DNA of 64,000 nt from assembly GCA_003427395.1 (NCBI GenBank), contig BFEA01000041.1:270934-334933 (forward strand), in the 5' to 3' direction. Both the position numbers and the translations under genes were made by a program. Of this stretch, positions 63,606 through 64,000 are shown in pieces (within the stretch, counting starts at the first letter, position 1; every line of letters starts with the position of its first letter). This DNA is from Chara braunii (lineage: Eukaryota > Plantae > Charophyceae). Under the pieces are notes generated by a model. It was not told the origin of the DNA. It ran no database searches and worked only from the letters and a program-made list of their open reading frames with translations.

Positions 63606-63713
63606 TACTTCCATGGGTAGGATGAGCAAAATCGAACGAATCCACTGCTACAACATGGAGATATATATTGTCTGATTCAATCGGATTTTTCTCATCCTAT
63701 CGATGGAAGTAGC

Positions 63714-63794
<81 letters not shown>

Positions 63795-63877
63795 GCACAC
63801 GCGCGTGTAGTAGTGTATATTTCGATGTTCTAACCGAAGATTCATTCGATTTTGCTCATCCTATCGATGGAAGTAGC
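63606..63877. repeat. Small inverted-repeat element embedded in (CA)/(GA) microsatellites
   Basis: TACTTCCATGGGTAGGATGAGCAAAATCG (63606-) inverted against ..TTTT(T/G)CTCATCCTATCGATGGAAGTAG at ~63685-63712 and ~63848-63876. Confidence 0.7.
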
Positions 63878-63927
63878 GCAAGGCCAGTCGCGGGGTTGGA
63901 GACTAACCTGTTGAGCACTCCGTTTCT

Positions 63928-64000
<73 letters not shown>

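Overview
Eukaryotic, repeat-saturated, gap-containing intergenic DNA with no intact host gene. The repeat content is consistent with a streptophyte alga such as Chara, but that is inference. The window holds nested, decayed L1/Tx1-clade LINEs (two near full-length plus many 5'-truncated 3' ends), a decayed Penelope-like element (PLE) with a minimal hammerhead, a Harbinger-type derivative, several MITE/foldback elements, a tRNA-headed SINE-like repeat, and micro/minisatellites. One assembly artefact is clear: a Nextera mate-pair junction adapter ends a 2.65-kb apparently identical duplicate. The most interesting signals are RNA-level. (1) A ~392-nt non-coding, hairpin-rich repeat carries a complete type III hammerhead ribozyme. 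It occurs as a ~1.2-mer abutting (CA)n and as a second dispersed copy, which makes it a candidate retrozyme/circular-RNA retroelement possibly mobilised by a PLE. (2) A modular structured 3' tail (hairpin + H-type pseudoknot + covarying terminal hairpin) with compensatory base changes is shared by about 12 otherwise divergent retroelement ends. (3) An unrecognised ~100-aa domain plus Thr-rich ORF is carried just upstream of such tails in two divergent copies.
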